Shown here one piece after another: positions 54,601-64,000 of a DNA stretch of 64,000 nt (the stretch's first letter is position 1; every line of letters begins with the position of its first letter). The notes beneath the pieces are model-generated. The model was not told the origin of the DNA, did no database searches, and saw nothing but the letters and a program-made list of their open reading frames with translations. This DNA is from Spirochaetia bacterium (lineage in GTDB: Bacteria > Spirochaetota > Spirochaetia > WTKD01 > G963693115): the NCBI GenBank assembly GCA_965226055.1, contig CBDDCA010000006.1, positions 576,001 to 640,000 on the forward strand, in the 5' to 3' direction. Both the position numbers and the translations under genes were made by a program.

Positions 54601-56455
54601 TTGAAAGAGATCCTCTGAGGGAGCTGTGAGTGAGTTGGGTGTGGTTATGTCTTTTGTTGCTTGGCTACTTTTGTTTTCTGAGTAATCAAGCGTGAGTATT
54701 GTTATGGTATATGTTTTTCCTTGCGTGAGTTCTTCGACAGAGAGTGCTGTCGTTGGATAGGGTATTTTCTTCTCGCTCAGTACTGATGTGCTTGTGCCTT
54801 TCTCTGCTATGCTTATGCTGTATTCTTTTATGTCTTTGTTATTGGCTTTTGTTACATCGGGTGCTGTCCATGTTATCTGTGTGCCTATCTTTGCTGCTGA
54901 TACAAAAGGATAGCTTGCTTGTATGCTTGTTACTGCATCGGGGGCGGTGCTATCTGCTTCTGTGCTGACTGTGGCGGTTACTTCTGTTCCTTTGTTGCCT
55001 GCACTGTCCATTGATACGACTGCCACTGTATACTCGGTGGTAGCTTTGAGGCCTGGTATCTGCGTGTTGCGTACTGTTCTCTCTGTTATTGTCACTGTCT
55101 TTGCTGGAGAGCTACTGTCTTTTTCTGTTGCTGTTATAGTCACTCCTGCATAGTCTCTTACATCGGGGGCTTGCCAGCCTACTACTAGGCTTGTTGCTCC
55201 TCCTGTGGCACTCACATTGCTTACAGGCTCTGTGCTTTTGTCTGTTGTTGCTTGTTCTTTTGACACTGCAGTGGAGTACTTTCCGTTTTGAGAAACATAC
55301 ACTTCTACTTTGTAAGTAAGTGTGCCATAGAGTTTTGTGAGTGCTATGCCATCCTTTGCTACATACACAGTGGCGTACTCTCGATTGTCTGCACTTGCTC
55401 CGCTGACATTGGTTGCACTTGTATCTTTATCTATTGTCTCTTCTGCTACTATTGTGTTTGTTGCAGTTGCTATCACTCGTACTTGGAGGCTTTTTTCTGT
55501 ACTTCCTGTTCCAAAGTCAAAACTCCCCCACTTAATAAGCAGGCTTTCATCGGCTGGGCTATTGCTTTTATCGTTTGCTGTTACTGTAAGGTCTGATGCG
55601 GAAAGTGGCGTTACTGTTTGCGAGAGTGCTGATGGCACTATGCCTCTGAGTGCTTGCTTTGCCGTACTTTTGTTACCGTTGCTATCTTTGTATACTACCA
55701 CTATATCATAGCTTATGCCGTCTATGGTGGGGACAGCAATGCTCACCTCTCCTTGTGTTACATCTTGTACTGTTACTTCTGTCTTTACATTAGTAGTTTT
55801 TTCTATCACCTGTATTGTGGCTTCGGCTATGTCTGTTTTGCCTGATGAAAGCAGTGCTTTGTCCCATGTTAGTTTTATACTATCGTTTTGTGCTTTCTCT
55901 ACTGCTACCCGTGTAAAAGTGTCCTGTGGTGCAGTTTCATCGGTAAGTGTTGTCACAGAACGGGTTGTTTTTGGTGATACTTCTGTGTCTGAGCCTGAGT
56001 CTGATTTTTGGGCTTCTATCTCTACTGTATAATCGGTAGTAGCATGTAAGCCTCTGAGTGTGTAGGGTCTGTCTTGTTGAAACAATGCACGATATTCTAT
56101 TGCAGGAACACGAACCTGTATGGACTGTGCTGGTGCGGTAGATGTAGCTTTTACGACTACATGCGTAGCTTCGCTAGGAGCTTGCCAGCGTAACGAGAGC
56201 GTCCCATCATTGCCTGCTGCTTGTATCTGCACATTGGACACTGATGCGAGTGTCGGGGTTACTGGTGTTCCCCCTCCACCTGATGAGGAACTGCTACTGC
56301 CCTCCGAACATCCTACGAGTACGAGGGTAGTTATTGCTAGCACTACTAGTATAGCTAGGTTTTGCTTATATCGAGAGTGTACCCCCCCCCCCCCCGATTT
56401 TTTTCACGCTGTATAGCTCCTTGCTTTTGTAGCTATCATTCATCCATACTTTCAT
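51688..56455 (-). CDS. Large surface lipoprotein (multiple FN3-like domains plus C-terminal DUF285/BspA-type repeats), frameshifted at a G14 tract in the signal peptide
   Basis: Lipobox LVGC then Ser/Gly linker; W.AP..Y.V.V FN3 motifs; FNQDIGNWDVGNVTNM repeats; upstream ATG 56455 with AAGGAG is out of frame by one base. Confidence 0.85.
56382..56395 (-). repeat. G14 homopolymer (contingency tract)
   Basis: 14 consecutive C on the + strand inside the signal-peptide coding region. Confidence 0.9.
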
Positions 56456-56500
56456 AAAAATCTCCTTTTTATGTATTTGTTATTATTTTACTTTTCTGTA

Positions 56501-56539
56501 TACATTACCTCTTTATATGTTACCTCTTTATACATTACC
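56501..56539. repeat. 15-bp tandem repeat (~2.6 copies) in a divergent promoter region
   Basis: tacattacctcttta / tatgttacctcttta / tacattacc. Confidence 0.7.
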
Positions 56540-56621
56540 ATTGTAGTATAGTAACATATACTATGTATATTATACACTATATAAAAATATGTAGTATACT
56601 AAAAATAAAAGGAGTAATACC

Positions 56622-57236
56622 ATGTTTAATGATTCATATAAAGCTGATTATAGCAATAGAGACACTTCTCTCCCAGTAGATTCTATGTTTACTAAACGTT
56701 GGTCACCACGAGCATTTAAGAAAACAAAATTAGATTCTGAGATAATTGAAACACTAGGAGAGGCAGCACGCTGGTCACCTTCTTCATATAATACACAACC
56801 TTGGAGAATAATTTTAGCAGAAAATGGAAGCGATGATTTTAATACATACTTATCTGTTCTTGTAGAGTTTAATCAAATGTGGGCAAAAAATGCGTCTCTT
56901 TTAGGGTTTTTTGTCACTAGCCTTAATTTTGAAGAAGGAAGATCAAACAACACCATAGCAGCATTTGACACAGGGTTTGCATGGGCAGCCTTTACATTTC
57001 AAGCAAGAAAACTAGGATTATATACTCATGGCATGTCAGGACTAGATTACGAAGCAGCGTACAAAGTTCTTAGCCTTGATAAAAAACACCATATCATTAT
57101 TAGTGCATTTGCAGTTGGAGTACTAGATGAAAAAACTATATTACCAGAAGAATTACAAAAGAGAGAAATTCCAAGTGGCGAAAGATTACCATTGAGTAAA
57201 ATACTATTCAATGGTATCCCTAACAACATAGAATAA
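56622..57236 (+). CDS. Nitroreductase family protein
   Basis: RWSPRAF, EAARWSPSSYNTQPWR, FNQMWA, HGMSG. Confidence 0.92.
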   Translation: MFNDSYKADYSNRDTSLPVDSMFTKRWSPRAFKKTKLDSEIIETLGEAARWSPSSYNTQPWRIILAENGSDDFNTYLSVLVEFNQMWAKNASLLGFFVTSLNFEEGRSNNTIAAFDTGFAWAAFTFQARKLGLYTHGMSGLDYEAAYKVLSLDKKHHIIISAFAVGVLDEKTILPEELQKREIPSGERLPLSKILFNGIPNNIE

Positions 57237-57273
57237 TCTTTTTAGTACTACCATATATTTTCATAGCTCTCAT

Positions 57274-57298
57274 AAAAAGCCCTTATGAAAATAAGGGC
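57274..57298 (-). terminator. Intrinsic terminator of dapL
   Basis: gcccttat-gaaa-ataagggc, followed by T5 on the minus strand. Confidence 0.75.
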
Positions 57299-57302
57299 AA
57301 GA

Positions 57303-58523
57303 TTAAAATATATGGAGCATACATTGCATTGCATGCTCTACTTTTTCTCTTTCATTAAAAGCACTAATACGTATAAACCCTTCACCATTTTTTCCAAACC
57401 CCGATCCAGGAGTAACTACTACCCCTGTTTTTTGTAATATTTCACGAAACATATCCCAGCTTGGTTTTTTTGCAGCTACCCATACATAGGGAGCATTCTC
57501 TCCTCCGTAACAATCTAAATGTAATTTTTTCATCGTATCAATAATGAGCTTTGCATTTTCCATATAATAATGTATACGGCTTTGTGTTTCTTTTTTCCCT
57601 TGTTCACTATATATAGCAGCAGCAGCTTTCTGCACAGGATATGATACACCATTAAATTTTGTAGTATGTCTTCGTAGCCATATATCCCTTACCTTTACAG
57701 AATCTCCCTCTTCATTCCATATATGACATTCCTCAGGAATAACAGTAAATGCACAACGCGTTCCTGTAAACCCTGCAGTTTTAGAAAAACTTCTAAACTC
57801 TACTGCACATTCTTTTGCACGCGGTATTTCAAATATAGATTTAGGAACAGTAGTATCTTGAATAAAAGCACAATACGCTGCATCATACAAAATAAGCGCT
57901 TTATTAGCTATTGCATAATCTACAAAATTCTTCAGTTGCTCATGAGTAGCACATTGACCTGTAGGATTATTAGGATAACAAAGATACAGTATATCAACTT
58001 CTTGCGTAGGAACAGAAGGGATAAAATTATTCATCTCATTTCCTTCTAAATAATATACTCCCTGATATCGACCATCTTGAAACCCTGCAGTCCTTCCTGC
58101 CATTACATTAGAATCAATATATACTGGATACACAGGATCAGGAACTGCAATTTTGGTACTGAGATCAAAAATTTCTTGAAAATTAGCAGAATCACATTTT
58201 GAGCCATCACTAACAATAATTTCTGTTGCATCTATAGATATGCCATGTGCTTGATAGTCATGGACGGCTATTGCTTCACGTAAAAAATCATAGCCTTGTT
58301 CTGGACCATATCCACGAAATCCCTTATCAGATCCCATTTCTTCTACTCCACTGTGAAATGCCTGAATTACCGATGCACTCAACGGAAAAGTAACATCTCC
58401 AATACCGAGTTTGATAATATCAATATCTGGCTGTTTCTTCTTTTCTTCTTGTATAATCTGTGAAATACGCGAAAATAAATAACTTCCTTGCAACTTACTA
58501 TAATGAGGATTTATCTTAATCAT
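57303..58523 (-). CDS. dapL: LL-diaminopimelate aminotransferase
   Basis: SYLFS.I, LGIGDVT.P, GYGPEQGY, YPVYIDSNVMAGR, SFSKTAGFTGTRC, TTKFNGVSY. Confidence 0.95.
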   Translation of the reverse strand: MIKINPHYSKLQGSYLFSRISQIIQEEKKKQPDIDIIKLGIGDVTFPLSASVIQAFHSGVEEMGSDKGFRGYGPEQGYDFLREAIAVHDYQAHGISIDATEIIVSDGSKCDSANFQEIFDLSTKIAVPDPVYPVYIDSNVMAGRTAGFQDGRYQGVYYLEGNEMNNFIPSVPTQEVDILYLCYPNNPTGQCATHEQLKNFVDYAIANKALILYDAAYCAFIQDTTVPKSIFEIPRAKECAVEFRSFSKTAGFTGTRCAFTVIPEECHIWNEEGDSVKVRDIWLRRHTTKFNGVSYPVQKAAAAIYSEQGKKETQSRIHYYMENAKLIIDTMKKLHLDCYGGENAPYVWVAAKKPSWDMFREILQKTGVVVTPGSGFGKNGEGFIRISAFNEREKVEHAMQCMLHIF

Positions 58524-58606
58524 ATTTCTTATTCTACTATATTTTTAGCAATTCAATATATTTGCAACTTCATTTTTTCAATAGTATTACTTATGAACAA
58601 ACATTA

Positions 58607-59749
58607 CTACCCTCTTTTCTCCACTAACGATAGTATTTTATTCATAAGCTCTGCAGCACTCAACCCTTCATTCATCACCATTTTTGGAAACATACTTATA
58701 TCAGTAAAACCAGGTATAGTATTTATCTCATTTACTACCACTGAGTTTGGTACACTCTCATTATTTATTTTTTTAGTATAGAGAAAAAAATCAATACGAG
58801 CAAAGCCTCTACACCCTAAGGCAAGATACGATTGCTCTGCGTACTTACATATAGTATGCCTAACAGTATCTTCAATATCTGCAGGAATACACAAAGAAAC
58901 TTGAGATTCACTTGAATGATACTTCAAAGAATAATCATAAAAAGAGCCTTTATGTAACACTATTTCACCAGGAGCAAAACTTTCAATAGTGCCATCATCA
59001 TTTCCCATTACTGATACCTCTATTTCACGCTTCTTTTTCAAAAATGGCTCTAACAATATATATTTACCGTACTTTGCACAATCCACTAAAGCAGATGTTA
59101 ACTCTTCAGCACTTTTCGTACACGATATCCCAAATGAAGACCCGTTATCATTTGGTTTTACCATAATAGCAGTAGAACCAAGCATCTCCATACTTTTATG
59201 TGCTATATTACTCACTATACTATCATCTGCGCCAAGCACTGTATCACTTGACACTACAATATCAGAAAGCACTGGAATACCATGCTTACGCAATATTTCC
59301 TTTGCAAGATACTTGTTCATACAACACATACTTGCTATTGCATCACACCCAACATAGGGAACATTTGCTACATCAAGGAGATGCTGTAATGTACCATCTT
59401 CTCCAAAATGTCCATGTATAAGAGGAAATACTACATCTATAGGAAGTTGTGTCGGAGCTTGTATATTTTGCCATATACCTAAAGAAGGAACAGTAAATAA
59501 ACGCAATGTATCTGCTTCTTGTACATCCTGCGGAGTATGTAACGCAAGTGCAGATCCATCAAACAATGCACTCTTTTCTAGAGTTTCAGATACTATAGGA
59601 AGCTGTAAAAACCATTGTCCCTGCTTATTTACTCCACAAAGATACACAGTATGACCAGCATCAAGTAAACTTGTACATACAAATTTCGCAGATAATTTTG
59701 AAATTTCATGTTCATTTGATGTCCCACCATATACTAAAAGCACATTCAT
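58607..59749 (-). CDS. ddl: D-alanine--D-alanine ligase
   Basis: GGTSNEHEIS, HGHFGEDG, GSSFG, NEINTIPGFT. Confidence 0.95.
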   Translation of the reverse strand: MNVLLVYGGTSNEHEISKLSAKFVCTSLLDAGHTVYLCGVNKQGQWFLQLPIVSETLEKSALFDGSALALHTPQDVQEADTLRLFTVPSLGIWQNIQAPTQLPIDVVFPLIHGHFGEDGTLQHLLDVANVPYVGCDAIASMCCMNKYLAKEILRKHGIPVLSDIVVSSDTVLGADDSIVSNIAHKSMEMLGSTAIMVKPNDNGSSFGISCTKSAEELTSALVDCAKYGKYILLEPFLKKKREIEVSVMGNDDGTIESFAPGEIVLHKGSFYDYSLKYHSSESQVSLCIPADIEDTVRHTICKYAEQSYLALGCRGFARIDFFLYTKKINNESVPNSVVVNEINTIPGFTDISMFPKMVMNEGLSAAELMNKILSLVEKRG

Positions 59750-59770
59750 TCTATATTTATTGTAATATAT

Positions 59771-61387
59771 TTACGATAGATACTTTTTTACTATGGTAGC
59801 TTCGTCCCACGCTATTTTTTTTTGCATACTGTACTCTATACTCTTTTCATGCCCCTTGCCAAGTAAGAGAACACTATCGCCTTCCTCTGCAAGCGATAGA
59901 GCAAAAGCAATAGCTTTCTCTCTATCAGGAATTAAAAAAAGAGTACTATTATACTCATGGTGTACACAGCTCTCTGCTATTTGTTGTAATATATCCATTG
60001 GAGTTTCTCCTCTCGGATCTTCATCTGTGAGTACAATAATATCTGCATACTTATCAGCTATAGATCCTTGTTCTTTTCGTTTTTGAACATCTCGTTCTCC
60101 TGCAGAACCAAATACAACAATAAGCCTTCCCTCTGTTTTCTGTGCAACAATAGGAAACAAAGACATAAAACTTTGTGGGGTATGAGCATAATCTATTATA
60201 ACGGAAAATGGTTTTGTATGAGCTATTGTTTGCATACGACCAGCAGGAGCCTGTAACAAAGACACCGAATGACAAACACGATAAAACGCATGCTCACTCT
60301 CTTCATTGCAATAGGCACAACAATAGGCATGCAACAAAGCAATAGCTAGCAGGGCGTTTTCCATGTTAAATCTGCCAAAACAATGTAAACATATTTCAGA
60401 GGAGTATGACACTTCAGTATGTCCATTATGTTCAGAATGAGCTGCACTACGATACCAAACAATCCCTTTCAAATATGACAATGACTCCTTTGTTATATCA
60501 ACATAATACTCCGCATTATTGTCTACTATAGAATAGGTAGCTACTTTTGCCTTTACACTGTTTGCTCTATCAATACATTTCTGTTTATATGTTTCTTCAT
60601 AGCGCACAAAACCAACAGCCTGTTCTTTTTGAGCATGAAGCTGTGAAAATAAATTACTCTTATCTTTCACATATTGTTCTATAGAACCATGAAAATCAAG
60701 ATGCTCGCTCCCAATATTAGTAAGACCTGCAAAATTAAAAGATACATCAATCATCCGTAAAGTTTTATGGCTTAACCCATGACTTGTCGATTCTAATACT
60801 ACTAACTCACACCCTTGCTTTGCCATCATAGCCACACAGCGAAAAATGTCAGGAGATTCAGGCGTTGACTGTCGATACCTATTTTCATGCACTTTCTTGC
60901 CATCATGATATTCTATGGTAGACCAATATCCAGCTTTTATTCCTAATGCAGTAGCAAGCTGATGTACAAAGTGTACTGACGTTGTTTTTCCATCAGTACC
61001 TGTGATGCCTATCATAACAGGTATCATACTATCGCATAAAAAAAATGCCTTTGCCAGCAAAGACATTACACGCCTAACAGTAGTGTCAGAAACTACCACT
61101 ACCCCTACTGAAAGAGGAATCTGCTGTCTAATAGTTACAAACACCGATTCTTCAACAAGAATGGCAGCAGCTCCCTGTTGTATTGCCGAATCAATATACA
61201 ATTTACCATGTGAATGAATACCACTCAAAACACAAAATAAATCCCCTTTTTCGACTCTTCGAGAATCGTATTGTATATTGTGTATCTCTACAGAAGCTCC
61301 CTGTACAAGAGTAGCATTAAAAACAATCGTTTCATAGCTTTTTTGTGCAATACCATTAGCTCTTTCTAATAGTTCCGAAAGAAACAA
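59771..61387 (-). CDS. murE: MurE-type Mur ligase
   Basis: DSRRV, GITGTDGKTT, STPES, IDYAHTP, DEDPR, GKGHE. Confidence 0.92.
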   Translation of the reverse strand: MFLSELLERANGIAQKSYETIVFNATLVQGASVEIHNIQYDSRRVEKGDLFCVLSGIHSHGKLYIDSAIQQGAAAILVEESVFVTIRQQIPLSVGVVVVSDTTVRRVMSLLAKAFFLCDSMIPVMIGITGTDGKTTSVHFVHQLATALGIKAGYWSTIEYHDGKKVHENRYRQSTPESPDIFRCVAMMAKQGCELVVLESTSHGLSHKTLRMIDVSFNFAGLTNIGSEHLDFHGSIEQYVKDKSNLFSQLHAQKEQAVGFVRYEETYKQKCIDRANSVKAKVATYSIVDNNAEYYVDITKESLSYLKGIVWYRSAAHSEHNGHTEVSYSSEICLHCFGRFNMENALLAIALLHAYCCAYCNEESEHAFYRVCHSVSLLQAPAGRMQTIAHTKPFSVIIDYAHTPQSFMSLFPIVAQKTEGRLIVVFGSAGERDVQKRKEQGSIADKYADIIVLTDEDPRGETPMDILQQIAESCVHHEYNSTLFLIPDREKAIAFALSLAEEGDSVLLLGKGHEKSIEYSMQKKIAWDEATIVKKYLS

Positions 61388-61422
61388 AGTGCTTACCTAC
61401 ATAAAAAATTAAGAAAAATTAA

Positions 61423-62436
61423 TTATCGCTGTCCTGTTGTATTATACAAATACCTAAAATAATCATAATCAGTAGATAGTATTTTATTTAATTGAGGAAG
61501 AGTTTTTTTGTACGATTCTATTGCAACCCAAAAAGAGAAAAACTGCGGTGATTGCTGATATGCTTCGGTATATATTTGAGTCGCTTCGGCATCTGCCTCC
61601 CCTTTTATTACCTCAGCTTTTGCATATGCATCGGAAAGAATAACTTTTTGTTCATTTTGCAATTCTCCCAATATTTTTTGCTTTCTTCCTTCTCCCCAAG
61701 CACGAGATGCCTGTGCTATTTGTTTTCGTTCTGATATCATACGATTATATACACTCTCTGTCAAATCTTCAGAATACTGAATCTGCCGAATAACAACATC
61801 AATAACCTCAATACCAAATTCTGGAGTAATAACTTTCACCACTTCTAGCATTTTTTGACTTAACGCACGACGCCCTTTCTCTATAGGAGACTGAGCTTCA
61901 CGCTGTGTTGCAAGATCAGTGATATCTACATCCTCTTGCCCTTCTTCTATAGTAAAAGTACTGGTTGTGGTTTGAAACTGAGTTTCAATAATTGCATTGG
62001 TATTACGAACAGCTTCCACTAAACGATTTTGAGAGATGGTAGTTCTTACTGCACTTTCTATTATATCATCTAAACGAGAATATGCTTGTGTCATAGTGTT
62101 GATAGAAGAATAAAACAGCTTTGGATCAAAAATACGCCACCGTGCTGTAGTGTCTACCCAAATAAACTGTTGTTCTAATGTTGGCACTCTTCGAGGCTCA
62201 CCATCCCAAGAAAGAATTTTTCTTGAATATGTCGTTACTCTATCAACAATAGGGAGCTTAAATTTTATCCCTGCTTCTATCTCGACACCAATAATTTCAC
62301 CAAAACGAGTAATAACCTTTTGCTCTCCTTCTTTTACAAAATATATTGAACCAGAAGCAATAACAATAACACATACTATAATAAAAATAAAGAAAAATAT
62401 AAGTATATTATTCATCTTTGAGGTATTTTTTGCCAT
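61423..62436 (-). CDS. hflC: Protease modulator HflC
   Basis: VITRFG, WVDTTARWRI.DP, VYNRMISER. Confidence 0.93.
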   Translation of the reverse strand: MAKNTSKMNNILIFFFIFIIVCVIVIASGSIYFVKEGEQKVITRFGEIIGVEIEAGIKFKLPIVDRVTTYSRKILSWDGEPRRVPTLEQQFIWVDTTARWRIFDPKLFYSSINTMTQAYSRLDDIIESAVRTTISQNRLVEAVRNTNAIIETQFQTTTSTFTIEEGQEDVDITDLATQREAQSPIEKGRRALSQKMLEVVKVITPEFGIEVIDVVIRQIQYSEDLTESVYNRMISERKQIAQASRAWGEGRKQKILGELQNEQKVILSDAYAKAEVIKGEADAEATQIYTEAYQQSPQFFSFWVAIESYKKTLPQLNKILSTDYDYFRYLYNTTGQR

Positions 62437-62438
62437 AA

Positions 62439-63485
62439 TTACTCCTGTCCCTCAGTTTTATTTAACTGTAATAAAGGTAAAAGATTATCAAATGTACTAT
62501 CAATAAAGCGTGTATCAGCAGAAACATCCTTATTTGTAAGTATTTCTTCCATTGTTTCAAAATAGAGACGCTCTCGTGTAATGGCTGGGTTTACACGATA
62601 TTCCTCTAATACAGAATTAAATCGTGCTGTATCTCCCGTTGCCCTATTGATTCTTTCGGCTGCATATCCTCTCGCTTCTTGTATAATACCTTCAGCTTGT
62701 CCCTTTGCTTTAGGAATTACCTTGTTATACTCCTCGCGTCCCTCATTTATAAGCCTATTCATATCCTGTATTGCCTTATTCACGTCCTCAAAAGCATCTT
62801 GTACAGGCCCTTCTGGTGGCACAATATTCTGAAGCTGCACCGCTATAACATTAATCCCTAAATTATATGCTTCAAAAATATCATTAAGATTTACCAACGC
62901 TGTTTCTTCTATGACTGTTCGTGCATTTCCTAACACATCAGTAATATAATAGTCTCCTACCAATTCGTTCATTACTGAAATAGATATATCACGGATAGTA
63001 TCATTTTGTCGTTCCACATTGAAAAGCCATTGTCTTGGATCCGCTATACGATACTGTATTACCCATTCTACACTTACTATATTTAAGTCTCCTGTGAGCA
63101 TAGTAGATTCATTACTATAATCTCCTCTTGCTCTAAGAGACACAATATCAGCACGCTGTGTCCGAAATCCAAAGGTCATATTTTTAACTATCTTTGTTTG
63201 AACTTTATTGCTTTCTTCTATCCCAAAAGGAAGTATGAAACTTAATCCAGGTTCTAATGTTCGGTTATATTTTCCAAAGCGTAGCACTACTGATTGTTCA
63301 GTTTCATCTACCACTACAACACTTGTAACGATAGCAGCTATAAGAAGTAATAATAGAATAATACCTATTATCAGGCGTACCGAAACACGAAAAGAAATAG
63401 GCTGCCTATTTTGAGAGCTTTGTTCTGTACTCCCGTTCTGATTACTAGCAAAAAATTGCTCTTTAAGAGAATCAAATAATCCCAT
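62439..63485 (-). CDS. hflK: Protease modulator HflK
   Basis: VVLRFGK, MLTGDLNIV, VQDAFEDV, TRERLYFETME. Confidence 0.93.
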   Translation of the reverse strand: MGLFDSLKEQFFASNQNGSTEQSSQNRQPISFRVSVRLIIGIILLLLLIAAIVTSVVVVDETEQSVVLRFGKYNRTLEPGLSFILPFGIEESNKVQTKIVKNMTFGFRTQRADIVSLRARGDYSNESTMLTGDLNIVSVEWVIQYRIADPRQWLFNVERQNDTIRDISISVMNELVGDYYITDVLGNARTVIEETALVNLNDIFEAYNLGINVIAVQLQNIVPPEGPVQDAFEDVNKAIQDMNRLINEGREEYNKVIPKAKGQAEGIIQEARGYAAERINRATGDTARFNSVLEEYRVNPAITRERLYFETMEEILTNKDVSADTRFIDSTFDNLLPLLQLNKTEGQE

Positions 63486-63558
63486 ACTTATATATTACAC
63501 CATTTATGTATTATTGTGTGGTATTTTTTATGTTTTAATAGAAAAAATAATGAGAAAT

Positions 63559-63590
63559 AAAAAAGAAGGTCAATATTGACCCTCTTTTTT
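63559..63590. terminator. Intrinsic terminator
   Basis: aaaaaagaaggtcaa-ta-ttgaccctctttttt hairpin (one mismatch) with A/T tracts. Confidence 0.75.
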
Positions 63591-63597
63591 ATAATTA

Positions 63598-64000
63598 TTA
63601 TTGTATTCTTGGTAATTTACCATGATTAGGATTATTTACCTTTATTGCACCTTTGAACATATTATCAGATAAGAAACTGCTTTTTGATGTTCCAGCGGGC
63701 AATACTTTTCTACTTAATACCCAAGAAGATAAATTTTTATCAAAAGCCCCTGCATATCTAAACATATGTTCTGTATTTGTAACTTTACTTACATTCCATC
63801 CAGATATATCTTGATTAAACTTTAGTGCATTATCAAACATATAACCCATGCTAACAACATTGCTCGTATCCCAATTAGTTATATCTCCATTAAATGCCTT
63901 AGCATGGCTAAACATACCAGCCATATTCCATACATTACTAGTATTCCAGTGTGATACATCTCCATTAAAAGTACTTTTGCGAAAAAAGATCGTGCTCATA
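63598..64000 (-). CDS. DUF285/BspA-type repeat surface protein, C-terminal part (start lies beyond the window)
   Basis: FNGDVSHWNTSNV, FNGDITNWDTSNV, FNQDISGWNVSKV repeats. Confidence 0.85.
   Translation of the reverse strand, partial: MSTIFFRKSTFNGDVSHWNTSNVWNMAGMFSHAKAFNGDITNWDTSNVVSMGYMFDNALKFNQDISGWNVSKVTNTEHMFRYAGAFDKNLSSWVLSRKVLPAGTSKSSFLSDNMFKGAIKVNNPNHGKLPRIQ

Noticed and set aside
52502-56416. Multiple + strand ORFs opposite the lipoprotein
   Set aside because: Antisense shadows produced by the biased Thr/Ala codon usage of the real gene.

Overview
AT-rich chromosomal window from a spirochaete. The assignment rests on an L34 ending [10 protein letters not shown], an rpmH-rnpA-yidC-jag block without yidD, and solute-binding proteins with 'FAGG.GE'-type N-termini. 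Left to right the window holds: (1) a galactoside/sugar uptake locus with a GH2 beta-galactosidase cut by the window edge, CUT1 permeases, a nested CUT2 transporter, and three tandem near-identical solute-binding paralogs separated by the two halves of a decayed type I hsdS and an IS30 end; (2) a small island with an orphan RelE/ParE-like toxin, an RHH-like protein, membrane ORFs, and an IS1595 element abutting an IS30; (3) rpmH-rnpA-yidC-jag, aspartate kinase and thrC; (4) a GNAT(+PUA-like)/ASCH two-gene module split at an A6C slippery site; (5) a TPP-riboswitch-controlled ThiXYZ-type transporter; (6) a glycan locus (UDP-xylose synthase, PglK-like exporter, GT61, GT2, two GT4); (7) ahcY-metK-metF, a C5-methyltransferase plus GHKL-nuclease restriction-modification pair, mnmE and rmuC; (8) a giant FN3/DUF285 surface lipoprotein whose signal peptide is out of frame at a G14 tract (phase-OFF); (9) dapL-ddl-murE, hflKC and the end of a second DUF285 gene. 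Many first-in-operon genes have a -10 box 6-7 nt before the start codon, suggesting widespread leaderless mRNAs. I saw no rRNA, tRNA or CRISPR array. All family calls are from motifs read by eye; no database search was run.
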